Assembly: GCA_013265495.1 (NCBI GenBank)
Contig: MU058337.1
Span: 3,714,880-3,778,879, forward strand
Direction: 5' to 3'
Source: Vicugna vicugna
Lineage: Eukaryota
Length of the DNA stretch: 64,000 nt
Shown here: positions 51,886-64,000 of the stretch, in pieces
Position numbering within the stretch: position 1 is the first letter of the stretch
How the letters are laid out: each line of letters opens with the position of its first letter
Translations under genes and position numbers: made by a program
The notes under the pieces: generated by a model
The model's input: only the letters and a program-made list of their open reading frames with translations
Databases searched by the model: none
Told to the model about the DNA's origin: nothing

Positions 51886-53914
51886 CAGTGCTAAACAGCA
51901 ATACCAGTAAAGAAGAAATGTCTTAAATAAATGAACTCAGCTTCATCCTTCAGAAATTTAAAAAGAGAATTAAATTATATCCAAAGTAAACAGAAGAAGG
52001 AAAATGAAATGGATCACAGTAGAAATCAACATAAAAGAAAATATACATACATATATTGTGTATATTGTATATACTGTACACAGAGAATTTCTTTACTAGG
52101 TATTTTTAATAGAAAGAAATAGCAAATTAGTAGTTTCAGAATTGCACAAATACGTATTTTTTAAATCTTCAAGCTAATAGATTTAAAACAAAGATCTTTT
52201 TTTTTTTTAAAAAAAAAGGGCAAACAATATTCAATACTGGGATGTACCTACAATCAAAGTTTTAAAGAAAGTAAAACCAGGTCTGGGGGTGGTTAAGAAT
52301 AGTATTTATCAAGGCCACGTTTCAGACGTGATCACAGTATAACAACTCCCGCATATCCACTCATTAACACGTACATACCATGTACTAAGCAGTGGGCTGG
52401 GACCTGAAGACACATTAATGATCAACCAGCAGAACTGTGCTTCTAGGTTGCAGCGTATAGAGACGTTGACCAAGGTTGCTGCCAACAGCATCTGGACCGC
52501 ACCCCTCGGTGCTCGTCTCATTTCCACACAGAAGCTCATTTTACTTCTTTTGACAGTTTTTCAGAGCTGCTTCCCCTGCACAAGGGGTTGCTCTCTGACC
52601 ATACACCTACCTACGGGGGTGGGGTGGGGCAGCACGTTGAGCAGGTGAAGTCCGCGTGTGCATGTGCACTTGGGCACCTGTGCTGGGCAAGTTGGGTGGG
52701 GAGAGCAGGACAGGACCTTGCCAGAAACATTGTTTCTTCCCCTATTCAGACCTGCCTTGGGGGTTAGCCCGCCATACCAGACGTGATCACATGCGGTGAC
52801 CATCTTTGCACCTCACAAATCTTATGGTTCCTCTCTCCAGTTCATCCCGTTTGGGATCCTAGAAAAAATAGTGAGTTTAACTATTTCCCCATCACAATTC
52901 CGTTCTGAGTTTAATTTTCTATCGCAGTCCTGCTGGGCTGTATTTAAATCAAGGAACAGTTTGGACATTTCTTGTCCCTGAACCTAACTCGGGTGTTATG
53001 AAGTTTCCTCCAGTTATGGTGTATGGCAGTTAAGGGGTCGAAAGGGAGCATTTATAAAGCATCCGTAGAATGGTGTGGCCACCAGTTGGCATAATCAGTG
53101 TTAATGGCACAGCCCCCTCAAATCACTATTAAGTATAACTTACGTTTTAGGTGTTTTCCCTACTACAGTGTGCATTCTTCTAGGGGCTATGTCTCACTCA
53201 CTTTTATATCTTTAATATCTCGCAAAATAATTGCACATAAGAAGTGGACAATAAAGACTTGTTTATCAATAACAATGGCTATTAATTTTATCCAAAGGCT
53301 TTGAACTTCACTCAGTTTTTTCCAAGCACACTCCAAAATAACATGCTCTCACTTCCTAATTTCAGAAGTTGTTGAGCGACCACAGCAACACATTTAACTT
53401 ACAAAGGGAGACTGTGTGTCTCCTTTTCATAGTTCAGGCCTGAAAAACACAGTACCCTTTGTTTTTCTCTGAGTCCTTTAGGCATCTCTCATTTAGCTAG
53501 AGAGAGTTCAGTCCAGGCACCTCAGAGCTCTTCTAAAAGTTTAACAAGTAAAATTATACCATTTTTGTAATGAACTTTAGATGTCACCACTTTAAATCTG
53601 AATCCTTTTAAGCAAGGATTTTCTATACTGTATGAAGATAAAAATAACTCAAAGTAGACAATATCTTGGTGATAACTGAACTCTCCAGACTTCTATAGCA
53701 AGGAATGTTTTCGTCTTTATTTTTCCTCTTAAACCATCTTATTTATTTATGGTATCATGCTCACAAACACTCGTTTATGTTATGTATTCAATTTTCACAC
53801 CTGCTTCTTTGAAGTATAAACTGAAGAGACACTCATGGTTCCCTGAGCTGTTTTTGTTTGTTTGTTTGTTTGTTTTTTACTGTTTTGCTAACACTTGTAA
53901 ACATGTAAACATTG

Positions 53915-53986
53915 TTTCCCCTCAGAATTGTCTCTGAATTAGAGAAACCTCACGATTTCCCTCAGAATTAGAGTAACCTCATGATT
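53915..53986. repeat. Short complex tandem duplication (~29-bp period)
   Basis: gaattagagaaacctcacgatt / gaattagagtaacctcatgatt, plus tttccc(c)tcagaatt twice. Confidence 0.75.
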
Positions 53987-56461
53987 AAGGTCGGTTATAG
54001 CACCTGTGTCCTCCAAAGTTTCTCCAGCAAGATTTTCTCAAGAACTTCAAATAACAGGAGCTTCCCTGATACTCGGTGAGTTGCCTTTAAGAATTACTTT
54101 GACTAAAAGCCCCTGGAGTCCTCCCAGTGGCATGTCACATTGTGCTCTCTGAAGAAATTTGTGCCTGAAAACACACAGGTATTGTCTAAACGTGCTCCCG
54201 GGGCTGACTAACATGGGCTTCCACACTGCCACATACACACAGAGATTAATCGAACAAGTTGATGGTAATACTCGGCATCCGTAAGTCCTTCCTACTATCA
54301 CTGTTTGGATAGTTAGCCGTTTGCTACCTCATGGGTAGGTCTCAGTGGGGCAGACTGGAAATGAGATCAAATGTCACCTTCCCACTGCTGACAGAGGGAA
54401 GCTGGGTGTGGGGAATTCTGTGCAGTCAGTGAATTTCTGACTTGGTACGTAACACACATATCCTCTTCTCCTATCCACCTATTAAGGACCCTTTCCTCTT
54501 GAAAGAACAGATCAAAAGTATGATTTTTATCTTACTAATTTACATCATTATGCCCACTCCTTAACTTTGTATCTCCACAGAATTGTGGCATTCTATTTCA
54601 ATATGAATACAATCTTGTGATGCTTTGCTTTGTGAAAATTAAATAAATAGATATGGCATTTTTTATGATTAAAACTTTTCTTGACGATTAAAAAACAAAA
54701 TATTAAAACTATCTTCAATTGTGTTTCAAGTATAAAACATGATAGCAATGCTAAATTAAAAATAAATAAGATAAATTTAATTTTTACTTTAAATGATCAA
54801 CTGGAAACTTAATTCATATAGAACTGTAGTCAGAAATACATGAAATGACATGGCATAGATTTATTCAGGGACCAAGGAGCAGACCTCTGTAATGGTCATC
54901 ATTCATTAACTTTACTTTCAGACTCTTTGATTAGATCTTATAAGAAATTTTAAGATTTAGTGAGGTGTTTAACTCATATTTAACTCAAAATATAAATACT
55001 TTGGAGAATGGAATTGTAAGCAGAAACCAGTACATGTGTAATTATTTTGAGAACCAACACCTTTTGGAAAAAAATGTAGTTTTTAAATGTTTAACTTTAG
55101 GAAATGACAGATATTTCAGACTTCTCAGTTTTCAAAAACTTTTAAGTTTAGTTGTTAGTGTCAAGAGCAAACATAAGCCCTATTGTTAACTATTGCTTTT
55201 TTCAAGAAAATAAACTGTGATAATGCAAATGCTTCAAAATAGTTTCAAAGGCAAACACTCCTCCGTAAAGCCAGTATGCAGATCTAAATATTTACGGGGA
55301 CATATATAACTGTCCTACAAACGGACTATTATAAATCATACTAATGTTAAAACAATGACCCTAAAATTTCCTGTAAATAAGAAAACACCCACATTAGAAG
55401 AAAGACCATAAATATCTGACAGAGTGAAACAGGGTGGCTTTTTTTTTTTCTTAGAGGATTAAAACATTCCTAAGCATTTGTATTTCATGTGACCTGTGAG
55501 GCTATAAATTGTGAAGCACAAACCAGTAAAAAGCCTGACTCTCTGGAGAAGAAACTAGTTTGTATTTAAGACAGAATTTGAATTCCGCATGTTTTATGAG
55601 ACTATACAGCCTGTGGAAGTTTGTGGCACGCATGCAAATCTATATACACAAACATGCAGTTAATGATCCCAGTAGAAACACTGAAGGAAATAGTGGTGGT
55701 TAGAGTTAAAAGTGACCCAGAGGAGCTGGGATAAGAATTTGTAAAGATATCACTGTTCCCAAGACCTCCAACTTTGAAAAGAGGAATTAACAGCTATAAA
55801 GGATGTGTGACAGCAGAATTTCTCCAGCATTTGGCACATTATTTGTCCCAAACCACAAAATGATGTGTAAGCACTTAAGGAAAATCTCAGAAGTAAAAGA
55901 AAATGCTTCCTACTTGCTAAAAGAAGGATCTCACAATTTGTCACCTTGGAAAGATTCCATTTCATTTTTTGTGAAATTTGTTTTTAAGTGTGAAGTGCAG
56001 AAATTTCTTTCACACTTCACAGTGCATATACCTCACCTCATATTCACAGAATAATTCACAGGAAGATATATGCCATATATTAAACAGCCAATGTGTGTGG
56101 TGAAACGACTTAAAACCTTTTCTCATTATAGTTTATTTTATTTTATTTTTATTTAAAATTAGAGTTCCCTTTAAAAATATAATAGAAGGATGAGAGCCCT
56201 GCTGATGGCAAGGACATGCTATCCCTTGTCAACACACAAAAGCTGCCTCTTATACAGCTGGCCCTCCAATTTAACCACTACCACACCCCAAATTTTAATA
56301 ATCATGCAGAACCATACAGCACACAGTTTCTTGTATGTTAGGTTTTGGGGCCACATCAAGGTATTTAATTCTATGCTATTTACTTTAATCTGGATAAAAA
56401 TGCACTACTTATCTTACAATTTTTGTATTAGATTTATTCCTCCAAGACAAATTGTATTTTA

Positions 56462-56499
56462 GATTACTGAAAAATAAATGGATTACTGAAAAATAAATA
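56462..56499. repeat. 19-bp tandem duplication
   Basis: gattactgaaaaataaatg gattactgaaaaataaata. Confidence 0.9.
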
Positions 56500-58202
56500 A
56501 AGAGAGTATGCACTGATACACGTGTAACTTCATGAAATCAACAGAGACTGCGTCAAAATGATTCTAGTTTCCTGAATCTGAAAATATCTTGGGTATCAAT
56601 TGCTTCTATTTCTCAATTCGTAGTGCACTAATCATTTATTCCATGTTTTAGTGCTTTATTGTATACACTCTCATCCTCTAGTTTCCAGTCTATTTCAATA
56701 GAAATAAATTATCTGATTAAATGCTTCCTGCAGAGGGGAATTCCACCTCCCACTTCCTTTTCTACTATTCATAGCGTCTAGAAGACTATGAGACACAAAG
56801 CAATTGCTCAGTTGTACCGGTGATGGCCTATGTGATGAAGGTAGATATATTCAAAAGAGCTCCTCGTGAATGTCATTCCTTTTCAAAGGCAAGCTTGCAC
56901 AATACTCTTCTTCCATTTTTGTATTTCTCTGCCTTCTTTCCATTTAGCAGCTGTCACAAAAACAGTAAGTTTATTCTTAAATTCTACCCTCCTTCATTGA
57001 TTTATTCCTGCACATTAACTATACACACACAGATATGTGAAAACCATTATTGAAGCAAAGTGTCATTTTTGTTTTATTACTTTGTTTAGGTGTTATATGC
57101 TTCACCTTACAAATAACACATTTTTAGAAGGAGAGTAAGAAAGAGGGCTATTTTGAATTCATGGATAAGTTTAACAAAATCATGCATGTCAAAATCATAT
57201 CTTAATTTAAAAAGCATTTAAGGTTTGAGTGAGTTAGTTACTTGGGGAAAACCCTCTTTATTTGGGGTTCTAAAAGACTGGTGTTTGGGAGGCAAAGCAA
57301 AATTAAAGAATGCCCATTTTTCTTTGTCTTCTCCTGTTGACTTTGAACTTGTGCTGGGACTTCACTGAATTTCAGTAACCCCTCTCTCGGCTCTTCAAGA
57401 ATAATCTATTGTTGGAAAGTCATACACGTGTAACTTATCTTCAGGCGTTTAAATTTTTTTCATGGTAAAGCATCTTTCTAGACATTTTTTCAAAGAATCT
57501 GTTGCACTAGACTTTGTGAAATATGTGATTGAAACAAGTTAACATTTCTATCCAACATATCAAATGTGTGCTATGTTATTTCCCTCCAGTGCTGGTCAAC
57601 ATAACTTATATTTGTGAAAATATTTTATCCTCTAATGGTCCAACTGCTTGGCCAGGAAGGATTTCTGCCATAAAGAACCTAACAAATTCCTGATCTCTCT
57701 CAAGTTGCACGTGGAGTTGTTTGTATCAGATACTTAAACTTGGTATCTAACTGTCATATTATGGAATTCAAGACCAAATAAGGGATTAATTACTCTTAGT
57801 GAATGTACAAAAATTTTTTTAAAAAGTGCTGCCCCTAATGAAATGTTCACAAGTGAGAAAATATTAAAGATGTAAAATTTGAATCAGATTATTCAAAACA
57901 CACAGGTAAACACATGTTCATACACATACAGTTGATCTTGGAAGTGTGCAGTTTTCCTCATTTGTGACTACTACTTGGACCTTAACCAGCTTTACATCTC
58001 CTCTGATGAAAAGAAAAGTATACTTGTTTTTAGAATTGTTTTTAGGAACAAAACTACTTGACTTTCAAGAAAGTGGGATACAAGAATAAAGAAGTGAATG
58101 GCATATTAGTTCACTGCCTAGAAGGTAAAACAAGAAAGCCTCTGAGATTCCAAAAAGAAAAAAGAAAAAAAAAATCTGTCTCTGCTAAGCAATCTCAAAA
58201 TA

Positions 58203-58392
58203 CAGTCAGCCTTCAGTATTCATGGGGTATTGATTCCAGGACCCCCGTAGACACCAAAATTTGGAGATGCTCAAGTCCCATGTATGAAATGGCAGAGTAC
58301 AGTCAGCCCTCCATCTCCGCGATGCTGTGTCACAGATTCAACCTTTAGTGGATGAATCTCAGTGGGATCCTGTGGATACTGAGTGCTGACTG
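58203..58392. mobile_element. TcMar-Tigger MITE (MER2-like) with TIRs and TA TSD
   Basis: TA|cagtcagccttcagtattcatggg ... cctgtggatactgagtgctgactg|TA; core ttccaggacccccgtagacaccaaaat...gatgctcaagtccc; internal TIR-like copy at ~58300. Confidence 0.9.
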
Positions 58393-59234
58393 TATTCTGA
58401 AAAGAAAATTACCACTGCCAAACAGATCTGTGCTCCTTGGGGACAGTATAAATCTGCAATATACTCAGTTACAGAGGTCGAACATATCAACAAAATGAAC
58501 ACAGCATCCTGAGAGCACCCACTTTTCCCACACATACTTTTACTTCCACTCCATTCTTGAGGATGTGTATGGCATAAAAAAAAAAAAAGATAGATGTCTC
58601 CATTCTCTTCTTCACATAGATACACGTACCTAAAGCATCTCTAACTCTGTAAAAGTTTGCTTCCCCTATGAATAAATTTGAGTTCTGGTACAATTCATCC
58701 CAAATCCATCCCATCTAGTCAATGATATTTATAGCCTGGAATTTGTACAACCATAGTAGAGTAGATATTAAGAATAGTCTCTAAATTAGAAAAATTTTAA
58801 TTTTTGTATTTTTCCTTAGGATCCCTATAAAAATTTATGATTGCTGTAACAGCATACCAACATTCAAAAATAAATATTTAATAAAATCAGTAACATGATC
58901 ACCATTTCACAAAAATAACTCGACATAAAAAATTGGCATCATGAAATTTATTGTTTTAGAAGAGGTAAAAATAAGAATCAAAATATTTCTCAATTTTTCT
59001 TTTTACTCGGGGTATTTTAAAATGTTAAGTGCAGTATAAGAGCTAGTTATCAAACTAGTTACCAAAAACATTCAGGAAAATAATAACAGCAAACTGTCCA
59101 AGTAAATAGTAGAATGTTACAATTAAATATATTTATGCATTTTATAATGTAAATATTTTACAAATATATATAATTATATATAATTGAATGTTTGGACATT
59201 CAAGAAGGGAATAGAGTGATCAAAACTACACCTA

Positions 59235-59458
59235 GGGTTTGAGATTTGCAAATGATAACCACTATATATAAAAAGTAGATAAAAACAAATTTCTTCTGTA
59301 TAGCACAGGGAACTATATTCAATATCTTATAATAACCATTAATGAAAAAGAATACAAAAATTAATATATATATGCATGACTTGGACATTATGCTGTACAC
59401 CAGAAATTGATGTATCATAACTGATTATACTTCAATTAAATTAATTAAATTTAAAAAA
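59235..59458 (+). mobile_element. 5'-truncated L1 3'UTR, same family as 45851-46475
   Basis: gtttgagatttgcaaat...tttcttctgtatagcacagggaactatattcaatatctt...gcatgacttggacattatgctgtacaccagaaattga; approximate TSD aaaactacacc / aaaacctactcc. Confidence 0.9.
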
Positions 59459-60129
59459 ACCTACTCCAAGGGCCAAATCTCATCCACCCCATTTAGTCTG
59501 GCATGGTTCACTCACTGGATGGGAAGGGAAATAGCTGAAGACAGAGCTATAAATCTGAATAGGTAAAGATGATGGCTAATTTTGAATGCCAAGCTGAAAA
59601 TTTCTGATCTTGTTAGTTAATATGTAGATAGCTATTTTATACACTATTAAAAGTAGTCAATCTTTCCAAAATTTAATTCTGTTTACTGGGGTTTTCACAA
59701 GTTAGAGAAATACATGTGATCTAATTTTAGCCATCGAAGGACATAAAAATTCATCTATAATAGTTAATTTTAGTCTTGTGTAAGGGTATCTCAACTGTGA
59801 GTCTCAAACCACAACATCTTCTCTCTGTACCATACCAAACAACATAATTGTCTGTGTTTCCTTTATTCCCAATTAGCACCAACTGACATGAATTAAAAGA
59901 ATGAATAGAAGAGAGAAAATGAACATAGGTGGTCTTTGGGAACAATTTTTCTACATGTATTTTGAGAGACTGAGATAACTATTCATAAGGTTGTAAAGTT
60001 ATCTCTGAAGATAAGGAAAAAAAGAGAAAAAAAAAAGAGTAGTGGTAGACACAAAACCAAATCCATTCCCAAATTCTTCTTATGTTGCACCTTCTCAACA
60101 AATTAGAGGCTTAAAGACAAATGCTTTCA

Positions 60130-60605
60130 CTGTCTTAGCCTTCTTTTCTGCCTGAGTATACATGAGGCTGACTCCAACCCAGGAGATGTAAAAGGAAGTC
60201 TTCCAGAGCACTTTTGAGAAAACAAATAAAAAGGACAGCCATAGATAAATGTAAGTATAATAACCACCCACAGGGGAACAAATAAAAAAGGATAGATGTA
60301 GATAAATTTAAGCATAAGAACCATACATACATTGCTCAGGATGTGATTTCTGGAGCTGCAGCAGCCATCTTGTATCCATGAGATAAATGCCAACCAAAGT
60401 ACAGGATCATTGGCCCTAAAGTAGAGGACCATTGGCCCTAAGAGTATTTAGCCACTGCATCAATACCAGTAAAAGCCTGAAGAATAGCTTATGTGGGAAA
60501 AATGAATCTCAATTATTTCAGCCACAGGAAGTTAGGCTGTTTGCTCTTTTGTTTCCATTTTGCTGCTGCAGTTGTTAGTTACTGTTACTTGGACCTGAAC
60601 TCCTT
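60130..60605 (+). mobile_element. Old MaLR LTR (MLT1K/L-like) containing two internal tandem duplications
   Basis: ggatgtgatttctggagctgcagcagccatcttgtatccatgag; duplications at 60221-60331 (~56 bp) and 60396-60439 (22 bp). Confidence 0.65.
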
Positions 60606-62569
60606 TTGGATTGATATGAAGTGTCTTTCATTTTTTTTTCTGCAAAGGAGTCATCATGGAATAAAAGCAGAGTCTAGCATGGAGGATAAGTATAAAGAAT
60701 AACACTTTCAGATCTGTAAGCTCTGTATGTTCCTTACACTCATGTTTTCAATTTATTTATTAACGATCCTTAGAATCAAATAAATAAAATATATAGCAAT
60801 CCAGTGAAGTTTTTATCCACTGTAATAACACAAAATTCAGTGGTTACTAATGACATGAACAGCCACTGATTTTTAAGATTTATGATCCAATTTACTGAGT
60901 TTTAGACTGTCACCCATGTGAGACAAGAGCAAGTCTCTGGCTGTTTTGGCTTTTTGTTGCAAAAGAAAAATGAAGACATAAATGTCTTAAAAATCAACTT
61001 TTTCAGATAAAGAAGAGCTATTTCATATATTTTAAAAGCTAAAACCACTAGTATTGATGGTAGCTCCTAGCTACATAAAAATTTTTGCTTTGAAGCACTG
61101 GAATGTTTAATGACACATCTTTCATGCCGCAGGGAGACTTTTCAATGAGAATAAGAAGGTGACAAATATATCTCTAGATCTCCTCAAAAGTACGCTTAAT
61201 AAATATTATTTAAAAAAATTTAAAGATACAAAGTCATTAAAAAGTAAAACACTTCTAGCATACACACTTACATTTGCTCATGTTATGTAAAATTTTAACA
61301 ATTAGTTACCATACTTTAGGTAATATTTATAAGCTACATCTTCTCCGTCTTTGTAATCTTGTCCACCAGAGCCTGGCTATTGGTGGTGAAATTAAAAATA
61401 CTGAATGTCTCTAAATGCATCTTTGGGCATTAAGTAGAATGGAAAAGGCACTTCAGTATGTAGTAATTCTTTAATATAATTAGGCTAAACTTGCTCAAAA
61501 TTGTGGAGAAGTATAGCTCGATGTAAATGCAACATTTCAGGCGTAATAGAGGAAAAAAAATCACCCGTGGCTTTCACCAAAAAGTATGCTTGCTCCTGAA
61601 GAATAAGAAGTTCAAAAGCTAAGGAAGAGTTTGTTCTGGAAGATTACATTTCTTGCTGGTGTTTTAAGGAAAAGAGACCATCATTCAGTACTGCCACACT
61701 GATTAAACAAACTTCAAGAAGCAAGATGCATTAAAAGGAAGCTGTCACTGCCCTGCACTTTATACAAGTAGTTCAGCTACTTAAAACTGTTTTCCAACGT
61801 GAAGAATGCAGTGAGTAGAATTTCTTGTGTCTGTGCTTTGAGTCTCTTTTCTGTTAACCTTTCTCTGAAAAGACATGCCAGACATTATTTTCAGACAATT
61901 GTTCTCTTCAGAGAAACATCGAGAACAAATAAGCATTTGCACTTGAAGTGTGAAGAACATTTTAATGGCGTTAGATATAATTTTTAGTTTGCTAGCTTCA
62001 GGGCTAACAAAAAATAGCCAAAGAAAAACAGTCCAGAGATGTGGTGAAAAGATATTTAGATTTATCACTGAACTCTGTTTTCTGTTTCTCAGACCTTTTC
62101 TTTCACCAGCTGGTAATAAATGTCATGCATCCTTCAAGCCATGCCACAAAGGAAGACACATCTCTTCACCGAGGAGTGAGGCTCTCCATCTTCTCAAAAC
62201 TGACAGACACTCCGAATAAAAGATTAAAGGTCTAAGATAGATGTTAATCCTTCTAAGTTGAAAAAAAGTTTCTAAAATTTGGATGTTTTCTCACAATGAC
62301 AAGTGATCACAATATAACCTAGATAGATTAGATTTTAGCTTTTTCAGTAATAAGTGAAAATAACAAATAATCTGTATTAGGTTATTATTGATTCATCCTA
62401 GTAAGTATATGTTGAAATTCTACTAAATAGTTCAGTATTGTCTTTTCTATTTCAGAGCATCTGCTATTAAATTTAAATTTGTCCTTGCTAAGCATACAAA
62501 CATAAGATAATAATGCCCAAAGCAGAACGTAATTAAATGCCTTACTCAGGGGCATATTCCACATCGGGA

Positions 62570-62712
62570 GGCTGGTATAATGCAGTGATACAGAGCAAGA
62601 GTTCTGTGCTCATATATTCTGGGTTCAAGTATTTCCTCTCTTGTCTGGTTCTGACCATTGCATATTGACATCTCTACGAACCTCAATTTTCTTACCTGTA
62701 GAATCTATTGTC
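62570..62712 (+). mobile_element. MIR relic
   Basis: ggtataatgcagtgatacagagc...ctgggttcaag...cctcaattttcttacctgtagaat. Confidence 0.6.
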
Positions 62713-63244
62713 TTGTCATTCATTCGTGTTCACTGCCTGAGAGATGCACCACAGTTTCTGTCCCGGCCAAAAAATTTCCTTCTCCTTCCTTCCCTCCTTC
62801 TGCCTCTTTTAGGGAAAATGGAAGTCTGGAGTAGTATGTCTGCAGTCTGTTCTCCGTAAGCTGAACAGCTTAGAAAGAACTCCTTTAATTCTTGTTTTGT
62901 GTCTATTTTTCAGTGAATGCCAATGCTTCGCACCTCTGTCCTCTTGTTTCCTATCTGTAGTCTCAGCCCGCCTCACCCAATCCCTGGCCATTACTGCTCC
63001 AAAATCAAAGAGATTTCTCAAACAGGTGTGCCACAAAGGCTTCACTGATGGGGGGGTGGGGAGTGGGAGGAGGTTCATTCCTAACTAAAGCCTTCTAGAA
63101 ACCCTGAAGTATACAAAGGCCTCTCCGGATTGCATCTTTCCACCCAAAAGAACACCCTAAAGAGCGAGGGCTGGAGGGGAGATGGTGATGAAAGGATACA
63201 TAATCACCGTGTGGTAATGCTCTGAGTGGCACATTTATAACAAA

Positions 63245-63665
63245 ATACATCGAATTTAAAACATTTGAAATCTAACTCAATGCCCTTCCTTCTGACCATT
63301 TTCCCAGCTGTTCAAGATAGAAATCTGAAAATCACTTTGCCTTCTGCATGACTTCGCTTCACATCTGACATTCCCCTGTGCCTCTGGAATGTCTCTTGAC
63401 TCCTGCACACTGGACTACTCTGTTCCCTCTCATGGGTCAGGCGTGCATAATCCCGTGAGCATCACATTTTAATGTCCTCCCCACCAGCCTCATCCTCTGT
63501 GGTTCACTCTTCTAATTCATCCTGCAAGTTACTATTAGAATCACCTTCTCTCATCCCTCTTCCCTTTTTGTGTCTCAGCTTTCCATGGCCAAAATCCCCA
63601 AATAAATAAGAAAGCACCTTGTAGCCAGACAGCATGAAATCCCTCCCGATTTGACCTCATTCGCA
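63245..63665 (+). mobile_element. L2 relic
   Basis: aaaacatttgaaatctaactc, cccagctgttcaagatagaaatctgaaaatcac, ctctggaatgtctctt. Confidence 0.55.
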
Positions 63666-63714
63666 AACCTCACCACGAGTCACTGTGTATATTACTCCCA
63701 TGCATTACTTTGTT

Positions 63715-64000
63715 TTTACAACCTATGTTTGTATAGGCAATTCCTGTAAGTATTCTGCTATGTTTTTAAATTACACATAAATGTTATCCTGTAGCAGGTG
63801 TTCTGCCAGCTCTCTCTTATTGAATGTTGTTATGAAGATTCATTCATATTCGTGTGTGTAGCTGGAATTATTTAACGTCATTGTCATGGGCAACGTCCAT
63901 GTATTAATATATCACACTTCTCATTTTGATGAACCTATTTTCAGTTTCCTTTATTTATCATTACTGTTTTTACAAATATTCTTCTAAGAATAGTCATATG
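63715..64000 (-). mobile_element. Ancient L1ME 3' relic
   Basis: gaagattcattcatattcgtgtgtgtagctgg, ttgatgaacctattttcagtttcc are antisense L1ME 3' motifs. Confidence 0.6.

Larger units (their letters stand above)
49490..52045 (+). mobile_element. Mosaic of ancient L1M fragments
   Basis: aaaataaaattagatcttcaccctacac; cagtcaaaaattacaaggcaaacaaaaaagcaggaaaac; aaaagacccaaattgaatttctgagc; aaaaacacactggatgggattgatggcagattaaacacagcagagg. Confidence 0.7.

Noticed and set aside
53403..53428. Hairpin ggagac...gtctcc followed by Ts, like an intrinsic terminator
   Set aside because: Mammalian nuclear DNA; a 6-7 bp stem is expected by chance.
61565..61595. 31-nt minus-strand micro-exon candidate (EQAYFLVKAT)
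   Set aside because: Weak donor (GTGATT) and no partner exons forming a recognisable protein.
1..64000. CRISPR arrays, rRNA/tRNA/snRNA genes, NUMTs, processed pseudogenes, intact ERV genes
   Set aside because: None recognised by eye. Short or diverged copies cannot be excluded without Infernal or BLAST.

Overview
This window is AT-rich eutherian genomic DNA, not prokaryotic, so it has no operons, CRISPR arrays or bacterial IS elements. The lineage-specific LINE-1 3' ends look cetartiodactyl, and I saw no Alu, B1/B2, Bov-tA/BovB, PRE-1 or SINEC copies; a camelid is my inference, not verified. The one clear functional landmark is a CpG-island promoter at ~18.2-19.05 kb with GC boxes, NRF1 and YY1 motifs. 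Its motif order and a 5' splice site (AAG|GTTAGT at 18667/18666) indicate a minus-strand gene with an apparently non-coding or uORF-bearing first exon, so ~1-18.6 kb is probably that gene's 5' introns. I cannot identify the gene: no recognisable host protein-coding exon is present. The remainder is layered transposon debris: a young L1 with an intact ORF2 C-terminus and a perfect TSD, several 5'-truncated L1 tails, old L1M, L2, MIR, MaLR/ERVL LTRs, and hAT and Tigger MITEs. Unique stretches that look like enhancers lie between them. The only ORF in the track with a recognisable product is L1 ORF2 (28065-28628). I found no convincing novel biological system. The best leads are a possible divergent plus-strand transcript from the CpG island, two orphan CpG-retaining motif clusters, an E-box/splice-donor cluster in intron 1, a uniform strand bias of recent L1 insertions, and a nested L1 with an internal inversion. 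Repeat subfamily names come from recognition by eye and most boundaries are approximate.
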